Part shown: one piece after another, positions 60,112 through 64,000 of the stretch
Layout of the letters: every line of letters begins with the position of its first letter
Numbering within the stretch: the stretch's first letter is position 1
Assembly: GCA_964016885.1 (NCBI GenBank)
Contig: OZ024743.1
Span: 198,772,001 to 198,836,000, forward strand
Length of the DNA: 64,000 nucleotides
Reading direction: 5' to 3'
From: Eledone cirrhosa
Taxonomy: Eukaryota
The notes under the pieces: generated by a model
What the model saw: only the letters and a program-made list of their open reading frames with translations
What the model was told of the DNA's origin: nothing
Databases searched by the model: none
Program-made: the position numbers and the translations under genes

Positions 60112-60968
60112 TATCATCATCATCATCATCATTAACACCACCACCACCACCATCATCATCATCATTGTCGTTGTCAGCATCATCATCATCATCATCATCA
60201 TCATCATTATCTGTGTATCATGATATTTTCATCAGGATGAGCACACAATATATCCATTAAATATAAGGATTTATATGGCATTGCTCCATCATTATGTTTT
60301 TCAAACCTGCAGTCACTGCCCTTCATAGAAATAGCGTAGCTGTTTGGACAACAATTGTAATACACTCTTAAAATACCTCCAGTAGTGTGATAATACATTG
60401 GAGGTTCTCAATCACAGTCTCTGGTATAAACAAACTGTGAGACACAAGTATCTGTTATCTATATTAAACACAGAACTCAACTGGCACATCATTTTATCAA
60501 ACCTGGAAGGATTAAAGTTAAAGTGTAACAGCATATACAATAATAATTTCACACATTAGCATATAGCGACAGATTTATAAGGAAGATGTACGGATGTATC
60601 ATCATCATCATCATCATCATTATCATCATCATCATCATCATCACTGTTTTGTATTTATTATTCATGCTTGCATAGGTTAAATGGTTTGTCCTGTTCAGAG
60701 ACTTGGCTTGGCAGACAATGACTTGCTCATATACTCTTTGCATGGTTCCTGCATCTGGAGGCCCATCCTAAGATTAACCGCTTCATTGATAGCATAAGTA
60801 TAGTTAAGTAAATTGAATCCCAGTAATGCCTGGTATCTATTTCATTAGTTCTTGCACAATGAAAAGATGACATTAATCTATGTAGGATAGGAACTCAAGA
60901 TATAGAAGTGTAAAACCAACTGCCATATAACTTTTAGTCCAACATTTGCCTGTTTCTATCATTCCACT

Positions 60969-61125
60969 TATTATAGATAACTATTTCTACATTTGGCACA
61001 AGGCCAGCAATTACGCAGTACATTACTGGTACTTTATTTTATCGACCCCATATGGATGAAAGGCAAAGTTAACCTCGGCGGGATTTGCCGAGGTTAACTT
61101 TGCCTTTCATCCATATTATAGATAA
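60969..61125 (-). mobile_element. SINE with 5' inversion and 12 bp TSD
   Basis: TATTATAGATAA at 60969 and 61114; internal fold-back at ~61052-61113. Confidence 0.8.
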
Positions 61126-61963
61126 TACAGGTGAAGCAGAGTCCTTCTTCCATATCAAGTCATATTTAGTTTCTAATGATCCAATCAATGAATACAATTA
61201 ATATTTAATTATGTATTCCTATATCTGTTTAACACTAGCCATTTGTTTCGATATATTTTTATGTTTAGCTATTTTTTTTTTTTTTTGTAGCTGAGTTTGC
61301 TCATAATGTTAACTAAGAGGTATTTAGCCTTCATTACAGCAATTTTTAACTAACCTCAAACTTAACAGCTAACTAACATGCCAAGCTGTGCACAGAATGC
61401 CTCTATTAGATTTTCCTACCACTACCACTAACCCCACCATTACAACCACCATTGCTACTACCGCTAGCAATACTTTCCCCAGTGCTATACATCCTAATAT
61501 CAGCAAATATATGATATGTACCCTGGTAAGGTTTCTCAGTGGATATTTAAACTTCAACAACTAATAACATTTATGGCTTTGCCTGTGTAATTAAAAAGCA
61601 ATTAGAAATTGTTTATAGCTTTCTTAAACAACAGATACTGTTTCACTGTATAAAACTATTCAAATAGCAAAATACCAGATATTACTACTATCCTATAATG
61701 TAGTCATTGTTATATTTATTCCTCACAGGGTTGATCAAATAAAGTACCAGTAATCATCATTCTCCTCCCGCCAAAAAATTGTTGATATTGTGCCTAAATC
61801 AGAAACTATTATTATTATTTCTTGAAATTTCCTTTGAATTGTGCTTCTTTCCCCAGTATGAACCTGACACCTGAGGCAAAATTTGATAATACAAACAGTT
61901 TACGATTATCATACAGATGATAGCACAAGCACACAAACATCAGTAAATGTCTTTACAAGGTAT

Positions 61964-62295
61964 TTAAATTGATAATGTCCTTCTCAGGACATAGACAGTA
62001 CCACTCATCATTATTTTCTGTATCACTTTTATTATTTTATCGACCCCGTAAGGATGAAAGGCAAAGTCAACCTCGGTGGGATCTGAGTTCAAATCCCGCC
62101 GAGGTTGACTTTGCCTTTCATCCTTACGGGGTCGATAAAATAAAGTACCAGTAATGCACTGGGTGATTGCTGGCCTTGTGCCTAAAGTAGAAACAATTAT
62201 TTTCTGTATCGCTTGTAGAGATAGCTTACCAGGTGTCTGGTCAAAATATTTTTCAGTTCCCTTTTTTACCATTCTAAGTGTGCCGACTATCACTT
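61964..62295 (-). mobile_element. C-terminal remnant of an RLE-type (R4/Dong-like) non-LTR element, interrupted by an inverted SINE
   Basis: IVGTLRMVKKGTEKYF..LQAIQKI / IQKIMMSGTVYVLRRTLSI*; ATTATTTTCTGTATC duplicated on both sides of the SINE. Confidence 0.65.
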
Positions 62296-62321
62296 ATTAC
62301 TATTATTATTACTATTATTAA

Positions 62322-62932
62322 GGGGTGGAGGATTGGCAGTATTGGTAGAGGGTCGGAAACCATGCTTTGCAGCATAGAGTTATGGCCCTTGCCATTCTGT
62401 GTTCAAATTCCGCCAAGGTTAACTTTGCCTTTCATCCTTACGGGGTCGATAAAATAAAGTACCAGTAATGTACTGGGTATTTGCTGGCCTTGTGCCAGAA
62501 GTAGGAACAAATATTATTATTGTTATTGGACGGTGGATTGGCAGTATTGGTAGAGGATCGGACACCATGCTTTCCAGCATAGAGTTAGGTACCTTGACGG
62601 TCGGAGTTCAAATCCCGCTGAGGTTAACTTTGTCTTTCATTCTTACGGGGTCGATAAAACAAAGTACCAGTAATGTACTGGGTAATTGCTTGTCTTGTGC
62701 CAGAAGTAGAAATAATTATCATTATTGGGCGGTGGATTGGCAGTATCAGTAGAGGTTTGGACACCATGTTTTTGCAGCATAGTGTTACGGTCCTTTATGA
62801 TTTGAGTGCAAATCCCACCTAGTTTAACTCATCCTTACGGGGTCGATGAAATAAAGTATCAGTCATGCACTGGGGTCGATTTAATAGACTTTCCCCTCCC
62901 CCAAAATTGCTGGCCTTGTATAAAAATCATAA
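62322..62932 (+). mobile_element. Three tandem SINE copies
   Basis: Consensus matches. Confidence 0.9.
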
Positions 62933-63519
62933 TTCCTAATGCTTTTGCTCTGGCAGATGTTATACCGACATTCTACCAAAAGAGCGAGCCAATAGCCAAA
63001 GGTCCTTTAGGTCATTCCATCTTCAACTTTCCAACACCCTTCTTCGAATGTTTGCTGTTCCTAGCAAGATTGTTTACTCCAATATTGATGTCCTGGTGGT
63101 AATATTATTATTATTAGTGAATTGGAAGGATAATTAGAATGTTGGAAAAATACCTTATTGTATTTTTCCTGGCTTTATTACATTCTGTGTTCAAGCCCCA
63201 GCCAAGTCACCTTTGACTTTCAATCATTCAGAGTAATTAAAATAAAGTACCAGTCCATTCTAATAATCTAAATCCTTCCTACAACATTTGTATTAGGAGT
63301 CCTTATTATTGATATTTTCTTATATTGTAAAATTTCTCTCTCTATTCTGAATTCAAATCCTTTCAAGGATTACTATATATTTCATCATTCAGGGTCAATA
63401 GGATATATTGCCTGTAATTCCATGTATATAATTCAATTGTTTATGTTCTTTTTCATATGACGTGTAATGATGTGCAAAGTTTAGAAACAATTTGTGTTCA
63501 TAGATGTTATTATTTTGTA

Positions 63520-63705
63520 AGGATTGGCAGTATCAGTAGAGCATCGAACAATATGCTTTCAAATCCAGCTGAGATTAACTTTGCCTTTCATCCTTGTGTG
63601 GGGAGGGGGGATAAAATAAAGTACCAATAATGCACTGGGATCGATTTAATCAACATTTTCCTTCCCCCAAATTGTTGGCCTTGTGCCTAAATCAGAAACC
63701 ATTAT
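63520..63705 (+). mobile_element. Older long-tail SINE copy with deletion
   Basis: Consensus match. Confidence 0.8.
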
Positions 63706-64000
63706 TTTGTAAAAGACAATATCATTATTCAGTGGATTGTATAAATTGGTTTGCTTTATATAAATTATAAAGTGTAAGTCTGCCTCAGGTGAGGTAAACA
63801 TGGTCCTCTGATCTGATTCTCTCCCTAAGGGTCAACCTCTCCTATCCATGCTAGCGTGGAAGATGGACATTAAACAATGATGATGATGATGAAATTATTT
63901 ATGTGACAACAGTCACATGAAAAACAATAGTTAAGTTAGTATTGACATATTTAGTGCAAGGAATATTAAAAAGCTAATTAGAAATAATTATGCAATGGAA

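Overview
AT-rich, repeat-saturated, apparently non-coding eukaryotic DNA, most likely from a coleoid cephalopod (octopus-like). That assignment rests only on the dominant tRNA-derived SINE and the (TA)n/(CA)n load, recognised from memory. I can support no intact protein-coding gene: nearly all ORFs in the track are microsatellite read-throughs. The window holds about 30 copies of a ~190 bp SINE, remnants of RTE-type and RLE-type LINEs and long GGT/GTT minisatellites. It also holds a dense set of short non-coding elements lodged in (TA)n tracts that carry type I hammerhead ribozyme (HHR) motifs, often as head-to-head inverted pairs, which is the Penelope-like/retrozyme signature. The best candidate for something new is a ~610-760 bp tandem-unit element at three loci (15.9-18.1, 25.7-26.6 and 50.7-51.4 kb). 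Its terminal redundancy contains all HHR core parts in a non-canonical order (UH, then GAAA, then CUGAUGA), with compensatory changes in stems I and III between subfamilies. All structures were paired by eye; ribozyme activity is untested.
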